A stretch of DNA of 64,000 nucleotides from an uncultured Lentimicrobiaceae bacterium (GTDB taxonomy: Bacteria > Bacteroidota > Bacteroidia > Bacteroidales > F082). Shown here piece after piece: positions 18,706-27,359 of the stretch (positions within the stretch are counted from its first letter, which is position 1; every line of letters begins with the position of its first letter). Where the stretch lies: positions 21,412 through 85,411 of the forward strand of contig CAZQBU010000004.1 of the NCBI GenBank assembly GCA_964592175.1, in the 5' to 3' direction. Made by a program: the position numbers and the translations under genes. Below the pieces are notes generated by a model. That model made no database searches, was not told where the DNA came from, and worked only from the letters and a program-made list of their open reading frames with translations.

Positions 18706-20037
18706 TCAAATCGTCTTTTTCCGCCAGCTTCCTTTTTTTAGGTAGAGATAGGATAAAATGGTGAGTAGTATGCCGTAAACTATTTCTGTAATCCAAGCGA
18801 CAGTTACATTCGCGTTGAAATGATAAATAGCCACATACACAAATAGTACATAAATGGGTATCACCACTGCTTCAATTAAAAACGAAACAGTTGTTTTTCC
18901 GGTGCCCATCACCCCGTTGAACAATATATTCCCCGAGGCTAAAAATATGGAGCTAATTCCTATCACCTTAAGCGGTCCTATGCTTTGTTTTATCAGCTCG
19001 CTATCATTGGTATAAACTTGAAGAATAAAATCCGGGAAGATAAACGACAAGCTGACAAGTATTCCTACTCCAACTATTGCCATCAATTCGATTCTTCGTA
19101 ACAGCAAAAATACCATATCGGACTTTTTCATGCCAATCAAATAGCTTACCATGGAGTTGGATGCGGCTGCAAAACCCCAAATCGGAATCATCAATACGAT
19201 GTATACGCTTCGGATGATATTAGAAACTGCCAATGCTTGTTCGCCTAATTTTTCAACAAACAAGAAAAAGCTAAACCATACGGCAAATGAAAAGAAATTT
19301 TGCACCATAATGGGTACGGCAAGGCGTGAGCTTCTGTTGAACAGCTTGCGGTCAAACCCACTAAACTTATACATCCCAAACTCTTTATGGTGCTTTTTAA
19401 GCTGTACATAGCCCATCAGATACACAAAAGTCACCCCTTCTGCTATGGTGGAGGCGAGGGCAGCCCCTTCCACGCCCATTTCCGGGAAGCCGAACTTTCC
19501 AAAGATAAGTGCATAATCCAAAAAGATATTCACCACTGCCATCACCACCGTGCTCCAGGTGATTATTTTCGTTTGGGCTATCCCTACATAAAATGCTCGA
19601 AAGATTACTTGTCCCGCCGCGAAAAATATCCCGTACATGCGGTAATTTAAAAAGCGCACCGAAGCCTTATATACTTCAGTCGAATCAATTACAAGCCGCA
19701 GTATAGGGTCGCCTAAGTATTTCATTATCAAGAAGCTGATAAGTGCGACCGGAATCATGAAATAAATGGCATGGTCAAAACTTTTCCCGATTAAATGTTT
19801 CCTTCCCTCACCAAATCGGCGCGACATCATAATTTGAAGTCCTGTTCCAAAGCCCATGCCAACAGTAAACAAGATCAAATAAAACATGCCGCCCAAGGCA
19901 GCAGCACCCAGCTCAATTTCTCCCACACGACCTAAAAATGCCGTGTCGGTCACATTTATGAGATTTTGGGCAACGCTACCCAAAATAATCGGGTAGGCGA
20001 TGGTCCAAATGCGCTTATAACTAATGTTTACTGCCAA
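18706..20037 (-). CDS. MATE-family efflux transporter
   Basis: 443 aa with 12 TM helices. N-terminal IWTIAYPIILGSVAQNLINVTDTAFLGRVG is typical of the MATE family. Confidence 0.85.
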   Translation of the reverse strand: MAVNISYKRIWTIAYPIILGSVAQNLINVTDTAFLGRVGEIELGAAALGGMFYLILFTVGMGFGTGLQIMMSRRFGEGRKHLIGKSFDHAIYFMIPVALISFLIMKYLGDPILRLVIDSTEVYKASVRFLNYRMYGIFFAAGQVIFRAFYVGIAQTKIITWSTVVMAVVNIFLDYALIFGKFGFPEMGVEGAALASTIAEGVTFVYLMGYVQLKKHHKEFGMYKFSGFDRKLFNRSSRLAVPIMVQNFFSFAVWFSFFLFVEKLGEQALAVSNIIRSVYIVLMIPIWGFAAASNSMVSYLIGMKKSDMVFLLLRRIELMAIVGVGILVSLSFIFPDFILQVYTNDSELIKQSIGPLKVIGISSIFLASGNILFNGVMGTGKTTVSFLIEAVVIPIYVLFVYVAIYHFNANVTVAWITEIVYGILLTILSYLYLKKGSWRKKTI

Positions 20038-20162
20038 AATTCGCTTAAAAAGACTGCAAAGATAAGGAGCTTCTTAAAATCTGCTAATTGATTTTTTAGT
20101 TTATACTCAATATAAACAAAAAAGCCTGCTGCTTTGTTATACTGTTAAAGCAAATCCAAACT

Positions 20163-21074
20163 ATGAAAATTATTTTAACCGGAGCTACGGGACTAATTGG
20201 GCAAGCATTGGTAAAACGCTTGCTGGGAAGGCATGAATTGATTGTTTTTTCGCGCAATATCCCAAGGGCACGTACAATTTTTAAGGATAGCGGCATTCAG
20301 TTTGCCGACTGGCATCAGCCTCCTTCCTGCTTGGCAGCCATGGTGGAGGGGAGCAGCGTACTCATTAATCTTGCCGGCGAAGGGATTGGAAACGGACGAT
20401 GGACCTCTACACGAAAAGAAGCTATTTTATGGAGTAGAATCCAATCAACTGAAATGATGTTTACGCTATTGGAAGCTGCCGAAATGAAGCTGAAAACAGT
20501 TATTCAGGCTTCAGCCATAGGCTATTACGGCTTTGACGATGAACGCAGCTTCACCGAAGAAGATGTGGCAGGCAGCGGCTTTTTGTCTGAAGTAAGTAAG
20601 CGATGGGAAAAGACGGCACAAAAGTTTGAACAACTCAGTGAGCGCTTGTTGGTCTTGCGTACCGGCATTGTATTGTCCAATCAAGGAGGTGTACTGCCGA
20701 AAATGGCATTGCCGTTTCGCTTTTTTGTAGGAGGGAAAATCGGAAGTGGCAATCAGTGGATGTCGTGGATTGATATTGAAGATGAAGTGGAAGCCATACT
20801 GTTTTTATTGGACAACAAATCAAGCAAAGGAGTGTATAATTTGACTGCTCCGGAGCCTGTACGCCAAAAAGAATTTGCAAAACAGCTGGGAATCACCTTA
20901 AAACGACCTTCAATACTGCCTATGCCGGCATCGCTAATGCGCCTTGTTATGGGTGAAATGGCTGAAGAGCTGCTTCTAAATGGCACGCGAGCCCTCCCTA
21001 AACGGCTTTTGGAAGAAGGATTTCGTTTTCATTTTACCCAATTGCAAGATTCCCTACACGATAAATTGAAATAA
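20163..21074 (+). CDS. TIGR01777/YfcH-like NAD-dependent epimerase family protein (DUF1731 C-terminus)
   Basis: 303 aa. MKIILTGATGLIGQAL Rossmann start, and GSGNQWMSWIDIEDEV followed by RALPKRLLEEGFRF, typical of YfcH. Confidence 0.8.
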   Translation: MKIILTGATGLIGQALVKRLLGRHELIVFSRNIPRARTIFKDSGIQFADWHQPPSCLAAMVEGSSVLINLAGEGIGNGRWTSTRKEAILWSRIQSTEMMFTLLEAAEMKLKTVIQASAIGYYGFDDERSFTEEDVAGSGFLSEVSKRWEKTAQKFEQLSERLLVLRTGIVLSNQGGVLPKMALPFRFFVGGKIGSGNQWMSWIDIEDEVEAILFLLDNKSSKGVYNLTAPEPVRQKEFAKQLGITLKRPSILPMPASLMRLVMGEMAEELLLNGTRALPKRLLEEGFRFHFTQLQDSLHDKLK

Positions 21075-21192
21075 ATTATCAAGCCGGAAGTTTGAGAAAT
21101 TGACTTTGTTTCAAAGTGGTTTAAGGCATGCTTTTTGCTTATTTATATATGTAGAAATACCTTATAAACATCTCTTTACAAAATTTTGCGCG

Positions 21193-21816
21193 ATGAAACG
21201 AGCCTATATATTTTTCATTCTTTTGGCTGGCATACTTCCATTTTCTGCTCATGCACAGCAAGGGAATCAAATTCGAGACATGCATACGATTGGCTTGTCT
21301 GTGGTGCCTTTTGGTACCAATTCGGCAATTCGCTTTGCAGCACTCGATGGGGCAGCTTCCTATAATGCCGATAAATTCTTTACAATTGGCTTTAATTACA
21401 GCCGCTTTCTTACTGAAAAGCTTGAAATAGAAACCGGATTGGAATACAGCAAGCAAAGTTTTATTGTTTCACATGCATATCACGAATTGCATTTTCTGTC
21501 GCCGCCGGTAAAGCTAAAATTAATGAGCATTCCGGTTTCAGTCCGCATTAATTTCGCAAAATATTTTTACGGCTTGGCGGGCATCTTATTCGATATTGAT
21601 GTGTTTGAGCGCCAAGTTATTTCCAAGCAATCCGGTATTGGTGCACAATTGGGTTTTGGTGCCAAATATGATTTTGCTTCCGGCTTTTCAGTTTTTGCAC
21701 AGCCTTATGCCAAAATGCATGCACTTATTCCGTTTCAATCGTCAAAATACCCTGAACGCATATTTGATGCCGGCTTGCGCATTGGAATAAGTTATCAGTT
21801 TGTGCAAAAAAAATAA
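21193..21816 (+). CDS. Small outer-membrane beta-barrel (porin-family) protein
   Basis: The ORF track starts at 21100. I prefer the ATG at 21193 (MKRAYIFFILLAGILPFSAHAQ), which gives a clean signal peptide. Alternating beta-strand pattern and a C-terminal aromatic strand (GISYQF). Confidence 0.55.
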   Translation: MKRAYIFFILLAGILPFSAHAQQGNQIRDMHTIGLSVVPFGTNSAIRFAALDGAASYNADKFFTIGFNYSRFLTEKLEIETGLEYSKQSFIVSHAYHELHFLSPPVKLKLMSIPVSVRINFAKYFYGLAGILFDIDVFERQVISKQSGIGAQLGFGAKYDFASGFSVFAQPYAKMHALIPFQSSKYPERIFDAGLRIGISYQFVQKK

Positions 21817-21832
21817 ATAGCAACTGATTTAT

Positions 21833-21858
21833 CCTGCTTAATTCATGAATTATGCAGC
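21833..21858. repeat. Collapsed TIR-only palindrome of the MITE-like family
   Basis: CCTGCTTAATTCATGAATTATGCAGC is the left TIR fused directly to the right TIR, a near-perfect palindrome. The 34-nt string ATTTATCCTGCTTAATTCATGAATTATGCAGCTT (21827-21860) recurs identically at 23105-23138. Confidence 0.55.
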
Positions 21859-21882
21859 TTATATAAACCAGATGCTATTTAT

Positions 21883-22110
21883 CCTGCATAATTCACCAAT
21901 TCATAAACTTGTCAATCTAACTTAATTGTAATAAGCTCATGAACATTGCGTTAGGAGATTTTACTAGTGATTTTATAAAGTGTTTATTATAAAATGAATT
22001 TTGATTTAATTTTGGCAATTTTTACGTTATGAGTTGTTCGCGGTAGTTTACTACAGCTTCACAGCTCACGCCTGAAAATTTCTCAAAATTAAATTCATGA
22101 ATTAAGCAGG
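21883..22110 (-). mobile_element. MITE-like repeat, full-length (228 bp) copy
   Basis: CCTGCATAATTCACCAATT ... AATTCATGAATTAAGCAGG. The reverse complement aligns end to end with 32462-32687, and with 204-336 apart from an internal gap of about 95 bp. Flanked by TTAT on both sides. Confidence 0.65.
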
Positions 22111-22160
22111 TTATGTCAATTTTAAGCTCTGAATATCAGCTTTTTGGCTGATTCCGAAAT

Positions 22161-22958
22161 TTATTCTGCATCTACTGCTTCAAAAATTGCCAAAGGCGCC
22201 ATACGTGCTTTGTTAAGTGATAATCTGCCATAGCCGATGCTGTAATTATCTACTATTTCAAATAGCTCGAACAGTTCTTTTTCAACTTCCATTTCGGGGC
22301 AAGCCATGAGTGTGGCAGCAATATTTCCAAAGCGCAGACGGAATTGTTCGGGATGTTCGTAGGTGCCGCTAAAGCCGTTACAGCCGCTATTTCCGTGTAC
22401 ATTATTGTCTTCGGCATTGAAGAAGATAAAGGCTTCCTTAAAATCTCCGTCAGGGATAATAGCTTTTCCGTTCAGCTCAATCAGCTTCCAATGTACGCCT
22501 TCAAGCTCCGAAGGAACTTCCTTTTTTCTGAGGATATATAAATCTGCCAGCTCGCCTGTGATGCGGTTGCCTTCTCTGTCGAGCATAAACAACTGATTTT
22601 CACCAACTAAAAAAGTATAGCCTTGATCGTCTTCGCTTTTTAGATGCACAGCACCATCATTATTTACCCATTCAAAGCTGCCGCTTTCTTCAAAACGATT
22701 CTTTTCTTTGCCCAAATAAGTGCTGGTAAGCGCATAATTTTCAGAATCATAAAGCACTAATCTCGTGAGTATTCCCTCGCAATCGGCACAAGGTAAAGTG
22801 CCTTCGTACACACCTGCCCAATCGAGTGAAATTCTACTAGTGTGCATATCCACTTGTTCGGGTATATTGTCGGCTTGTTCGCTTTGGTTTGCAGTATTTT
22901 GGCAAGCAAAACCAAAAAACATCAAAAATGTAATCAATAAAAGAAATTGTGATTTCAT
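22161..22958 (-). CDS. Lipoprotein with NlpE-N-like and META (HslJ-like) domains
   Basis: Lipobox FFGFAC. YEGTLPCADCEGILTRLVLY is the NlpE N-terminal CxxC motif. VHWKLIELNGK and GNSGCNGFSGTYE are META-domain motifs. Confidence 0.65.
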   Translation of the reverse strand: MKSQFLLLITFLMFFGFACQNTANQSEQADNIPEQVDMHTSRISLDWAGVYEGTLPCADCEGILTRLVLYDSENYALTSTYLGKEKNRFEESGSFEWVNNDGAVHLKSEDDQGYTFLVGENQLFMLDREGNRITGELADLYILRKKEVPSELEGVHWKLIELNGKAIIPDGDFKEAFIFFNAEDNNVHGNSGCNGFSGTYEHPEQFRLRFGNIAATLMACPEMEVEKELFELFEIVDNYSIGYGRLSLNKARMAPLAIFEAVDAE

Positions 22959-23110
22959 AATAAAAAAATGATTTATAAAACTATTGTTGAATTCAATTTT
23001 TGGAAAGTGTGTGCAAAGATATGGCGAAAATCCCTTGCTTTTGCTGTTTTTGTTTGTTTTTAAGCTTATTTATGGCATCAAATGCGTAAATTTGTGAGGA
23101 TATGCATTTA

Positions 23111-23136
23111 TCCTGCTTAATTCATGAATTATGCAG
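23111..23136. repeat. Collapsed TIR-only palindrome of the MITE-like family (second copy)
   Basis: Identical to 21833-21858, including 6 nt of left and 2 nt of right flank. Confidence 0.55.
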
Positions 23137-23296
23137 CTTGAATTGTCGGCTTGCGTGAATGCAGATGATAATTTCAATGCCGAAAAGATTGGATTAGTTG
23201 GCATAAAAAACACGATTTTCTGCTTTTGAGCGTTCAAATTACGGGCTGTCATGCCGAATTGGTTTATTTTTGTTGTGATTTCAATTCGATAAAGCA

Positions 23297-24805
23297 TTGA
23301 AAAAGATATATGGCTATGTTCTGAGGTCTTATCTGGGACCCTTGGTACTGACCTTTTTTATTGCCTTGTTTATATTGCTTTTGCAGTTTTTGTGGAAGTA
23401 CATAGACGATTTGGTGGGAAAAGGTCTTGAGTTTACCGTCATTGCACGCTTGATGTTTTATGCGAGCGCTACCTTTGTGCCATTGGCGCTACCTTTGGCA
23501 ATCTTGCTTTCGTCCTTGATGACCTTTGGAAATCTTGGCGAGCATTATGAGCTGGTAGCTGTAAAGGCATCCGGTATCTCCATTTGGAAGGTGATGCGCC
23601 CTTTGGTGTATTTATCTGTCTTTATCAGCTTGTTGGCATACGGCTTTTCGAATAATGTGCTTCCGGTGGCAAACCTTAAATTTCAGTCTTTGCTTTATGA
23701 TGTACGCCAACAAAAGCTGGCATTTAATATCAGCGAAGGCGTATTTTATAATGGTATTGAAAATTATATCATCCGCATCGGCAAAAAAGATAAAGACGGA
23801 AGCACCATTTATGATGTAAAGATTTATGACCATAGCGATAGGGCGGGAAATATTAAAGTAACCACGGCAAAATCGGGTTTTATGCAGCTCAGCCCTGACC
23901 AGCAACATATTATCTTCACGCTTTTTGACGGATACAACTATAACGATATTGTTTCTACTCGAAATTATCGAGATAATCGCCCTTTTGAACGTGTGGCATT
24001 TGAACAGCAGCGGATAAAATTCGACTTGAGTGAGTTTGACCTTACGCGAACCGATGAAAATCTGTTTAAAAGCCATTATACCATGCTGACTACAAGGCAG
24101 TTGACAATTTTTATCGATTCGCTAAACGATAATTTTGCTGAAAGGCGAAATCGTTTTGAAGATAATTTTTACCGGCGATATCAGAACCTTTCTACCATTG
24201 ATACGCTAGATAAACCCTTGACCCAACGGACAAGAAAACCCAAAATGCCCTTGCCCGAGGCCGATTCCTTGGTTTCTGACAGCTTAGAAATCGTGGCTGA
24301 GCAGCAAGAGTTGAAATGGCCTATCTTGGATAACTTCAACTCGGATGAACAATTTAGCATTATTGAAAATGCGCTTACGGCTTCGCGTAGCAATCGCAAC
24401 AACATAGCCGATAACCATAAACACTTGGATGTATTTGCCGAAAGCATTCGAAAGCACGAGATTGCATGGCATAAAAAGTTCAGCTTGTCGGTGGCATGTT
24501 TAATATTGTTTTTTGTGGGTGCCCCTTTGGGTGCCATTATCCGAAAAGGAGGGCTTGGGCTGCCCGTCGTAATGGCGGTTTTGTTGTTTGTGATTTATCA
24601 CATCATCAGTATTACAGGTGAAAAAATGACAAAAGTAGGTGATATTGAGGCACATATCGGTGTTTGGCTGTCGAGTGTCGCCTTGCTTCCGCTTGGGCTT
24701 TTTCTTACATTTAAGGCAGCTACTGATGCAGCTTTGCTGGATTCCGAAAGTTGGAAAAAGATGTTTGCACGCATGCTGAAAGGCGTAAAAAGAAAGGCAG
24801 TATGA
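23297..24805 (+). CDS. LptF/LptG-family (YjgP/YjgQ) permease
   Basis: 502 aa with a TTG start. IYGYVLRSYLGPLVLTFFIALFILLLQFLW is typical of the family. Three N-terminal TMs, a large periplasmic beta-jellyroll region and three C-terminal TMs. Confidence 0.8.
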   Translation: MKKIYGYVLRSYLGPLVLTFFIALFILLLQFLWKYIDDLVGKGLEFTVIARLMFYASATFVPLALPLAILLSSLMTFGNLGEHYELVAVKASGISIWKVMRPLVYLSVFISLLAYGFSNNVLPVANLKFQSLLYDVRQQKLAFNISEGVFYNGIENYIIRIGKKDKDGSTIYDVKIYDHSDRAGNIKVTTAKSGFMQLSPDQQHIIFTLFDGYNYNDIVSTRNYRDNRPFERVAFEQQRIKFDLSEFDLTRTDENLFKSHYTMLTTRQLTIFIDSLNDNFAERRNRFEDNFYRRYQNLSTIDTLDKPLTQRTRKPKMPLPEADSLVSDSLEIVAEQQELKWPILDNFNSDEQFSIIENALTASRSNRNNIADNHKHLDVFAESIRKHEIAWHKKFSLSVACLILFFVGAPLGAIIRKGGLGLPVVMAVLLFVIYHIISITGEKMTKVGDIEAHIGVWLSSVALLPLGLFLTFKAATDAALLDSESWKKMFARMLKGVKRKAV

Positions 24806-26019
24806 GAATATTATTTCTTTGTAATAAATCCCCTTATCCGGCTCTTGAAGGTGGTCCCATGGCGATGAACAGCATGATTGAAGGCATGCTTGAAGCCGGG
24901 CATGAAGTGAAAATCTTGGCGGTAAATTCTGAGAAATACAATATCAAGACGGAGGATATCCCTGCTGCCTATCGCAAAAAAACCTCCATTGAGCTGATAG
25001 ACCTTGATTTACGAATTAAAGCATTTGATGCCTTGCGCAATCTGCTTGCCGGTAAATCTTACCATGTGGAGCGTTTTATATCCGAAACATTTCGTCAAAA
25101 GCTGTTACAGGTCTTGGATGCAGCCCCTTATGATGTGGTACAGCTCGAAACCTTGTATATGATTCCTTATGTGCCCGACATACGTCGTCACAGCAAAGCG
25201 GTTGTGGTTTTGCGCGCACACAATATCGAACATTTGATTTGGGAGCGCATCGCACATCAAACCACATTTTTTCCTAAAAGATGGTATATCCGTCAGCTTG
25301 CTTCCAGCTTAAAACAGTTTGAAATCAACGCCTTGGCGCAGATTGACGGCATTGCAGCCATTACGCGAAACGACGCATCATTTTTTAAGCAATTTTCGCC
25401 TGCACCCGTCATCGATATTCCGTTTGGAATAAATCCCGCCCAATACGAATTGGCAGATGAAGCTGAAACGGCTTGGGACACATTATTTCATATCGGTGCC
25501 ATGAATTGGATGCCGAATGAAGAAGGCATAAGTTGGTTTTTGGAAGAAGTATGGTTCCTTGTGCACCAACGACTCCCGGAAACCAAACTGTTTTTGGCAG
25601 GAAGATATATGCCACGCTGGCTTATCGAAAAGAAATATCCAAATGTGGAAGTGCTTGGCGAGGTGCCTGATGCCCAAGATTTTGTTCGTGCGCACGGTAT
25701 TTCGGTGGTGCCTTTGTTGTCGGGAAGCGGCATACGAATTAAAATTATTGAAGCAATGGCGCTCGGAAAGCCGGTTGTAACCACACGAATAGGAGCGGAA
25801 GGTATTTTTTACAATCATGGCGAAAATATATTAATAGCCGAACAGCCTGAAGACTTTGCAAATGCAGTTGAATTACTGATAAATAAGCCGGAAAAGGCAA
25901 AAGAAATAGGACGAAATGCACGCAAACTGATTGAACAGCAGTATGACCATCAAAAACTGATTGAACGTATGTTGCTGTTTTATCAGGAGTTGATGCGAAG
26001 AAAGCAACGAATAAAATAA
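24802..26019 (+). CDS. Glycosyltransferase family 4
   Basis: I prefer the start MRILFLCNKSPYP at 24802 (ATGA overlap with the LptF/G-like gene) over the ORF-track 24751. GSGIRIKIIEAMALGKPVVTTRIGAEGI is the GT4 donor-binding region. Confidence 0.8.
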   Translation: MRILFLCNKSPYPALEGGPMAMNSMIEGMLEAGHEVKILAVNSEKYNIKTEDIPAAYRKKTSIELIDLDLRIKAFDALRNLLAGKSYHVERFISETFRQKLLQVLDAAPYDVVQLETLYMIPYVPDIRRHSKAVVVLRAHNIEHLIWERIAHQTTFFPKRWYIRQLASSLKQFEINALAQIDGIAAITRNDASFFKQFSPAPVIDIPFGINPAQYELADEAETAWDTLFHIGAMNWMPNEEGISWFLEEVWFLVHQRLPETKLFLAGRYMPRWLIEKKYPNVEVLGEVPDAQDFVRAHGISVVPLLSGSGIRIKIIEAMALGKPVVTTRIGAEGIFYNHGENILIAEQPEDFANAVELLINKPEKAKEIGRNARKLIEQQYDHQKLIERMLLFYQELMRRKQRIK

Positions 26020-26109
26020 ATCTGCCTCTCGCATTTTGATTGTTTTGTATGCATTTGTTAACTTCTTATCTTTGCACAATCACTGTCAATAAATCTAGAA
26101 AAACGGCGC

Positions 26110-27291
26110 ATGAAGATATTTGTACTACTCTCTCGTATACCTTGGCCTCTTGAAAAAGGTGATAAGCTTCGCGCCTTTCATCAAATAAGGGAACTGTCGG
26201 CAGAAAATGAAGTGGTGGTCTGTGCCTTAAATACCGACCCCAAAGCCGACAAACAAGCTGCATTTAGAGCATTACAACCTTATTGCGTTTCCGTTAATTT
26301 TATTGATTTGCCGTTTTATGTGATTGTATGGAATCTCTTTGTCGCATGGATTAGTGGACGACCCATGCAAACCGGCTATTTTTATGGTGCCGGAGCTGCA
26401 AAACGTGTCAAAAAACTGATTGCACACCATAAGCCGCAACTGCTTTATGGACAATTGCTCAGAGTAGCTGAATACATACGTAAAGAGCCCTATTTCAAGG
26501 TGTTGGACTATCAAGATGTATTTTCAAAAGGCATTCAAAGGCGCATCAAAAATGCACTATTTTGGAAGAAACCGCTGTTTAGGACAGAATATAAAAGACT
26601 GCTTCGTTACGAAGAAGCTATATTTGATGATTTCGACATAAAAACAATTATCAGCAAGCCCGATAGGGATTTGATTCCACATCCGGAAAGGGATAAAATA
26701 ATGATACTGCCTAATGGGGTGGATCATGATTTTTTCAAGCCGATTGAAAAAGAAAAGGAATATGATATTGTATTTACGGGCAATATGGCCTATCCGCCAA
26801 ATGTGAATGCTGCCGTATTTCTTGTACGCGATATCATGCCTTTGGTATGGAAGGAGCTGCCTTCTGCCAAGGTATTGATTGCAGGTGCCACACCGGATAA
26901 GCAGGTGAAGCTGCTCAAGCAGGAAAATGTATTTATCAGTGGTTGGCTCGACGATATCCGCGATGGATATTCCTCAGCAAAAGTATTTATTGCCCCCATG
27001 CGTATCGGCACAGGCTTGCAAAATAAATTGTTAGAAGCAATGTCGATGAAAATGCCGTCGGTAACTACTCCTTTGGCACACAGTGCTTTAGGTGGAGAGC
27101 CGGGTAAAGATTTGCTGGTAGAAGAATCGCCTGAAGCACTGGCACAAGCCCTTGTCCGCCTGCTGACAGATGCAGATTTTGCGGAAATAGTAGCTAAGAA
27201 TGGACATGATTTTGTGAAAAAGCAATACCATTGGGGAGAAACAATTCAAAGATTGCAAGATGAAATCAAAAAAATGCTGCCAAAAACCTAG
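26110..27291 (+). CDS. Glycosyltransferase family 4
   Basis: 393 aa. MKIFVLLSRIPWPLEKGDKLR start, and IGTGLQNKLLEAMSMKMPSVTT, a GT-B motif. Confidence 0.8.
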   Translation: MKIFVLLSRIPWPLEKGDKLRAFHQIRELSAENEVVVCALNTDPKADKQAAFRALQPYCVSVNFIDLPFYVIVWNLFVAWISGRPMQTGYFYGAGAAKRVKKLIAHHKPQLLYGQLLRVAEYIRKEPYFKVLDYQDVFSKGIQRRIKNALFWKKPLFRTEYKRLLRYEEAIFDDFDIKTIISKPDRDLIPHPERDKIMILPNGVDHDFFKPIEKEKEYDIVFTGNMAYPPNVNAAVFLVRDIMPLVWKELPSAKVLIAGATPDKQVKLLKQENVFISGWLDDIRDGYSSAKVFIAPMRIGTGLQNKLLEAMSMKMPSVTTPLAHSALGGEPGKDLLVEESPEALAQALVRLLTDADFAEIVAKNGHDFVKKQYHWGETIQRLQDEIKKMLPKT

Positions 27292-27359
27292 CAGACTAAA
27301 ATTTGATAGAAATACATTGATATTCAGGAATATATAATTAATAACTTAATTTATTTATA

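Noticed and set aside
23070-23297. 75-aa minus-strand ORF upstream of the LptF/G-like gene
   Set aside because: It reads through the 26-nt TIR palindrome and the divergent promoter region and has no motifs. Probably non-coding.
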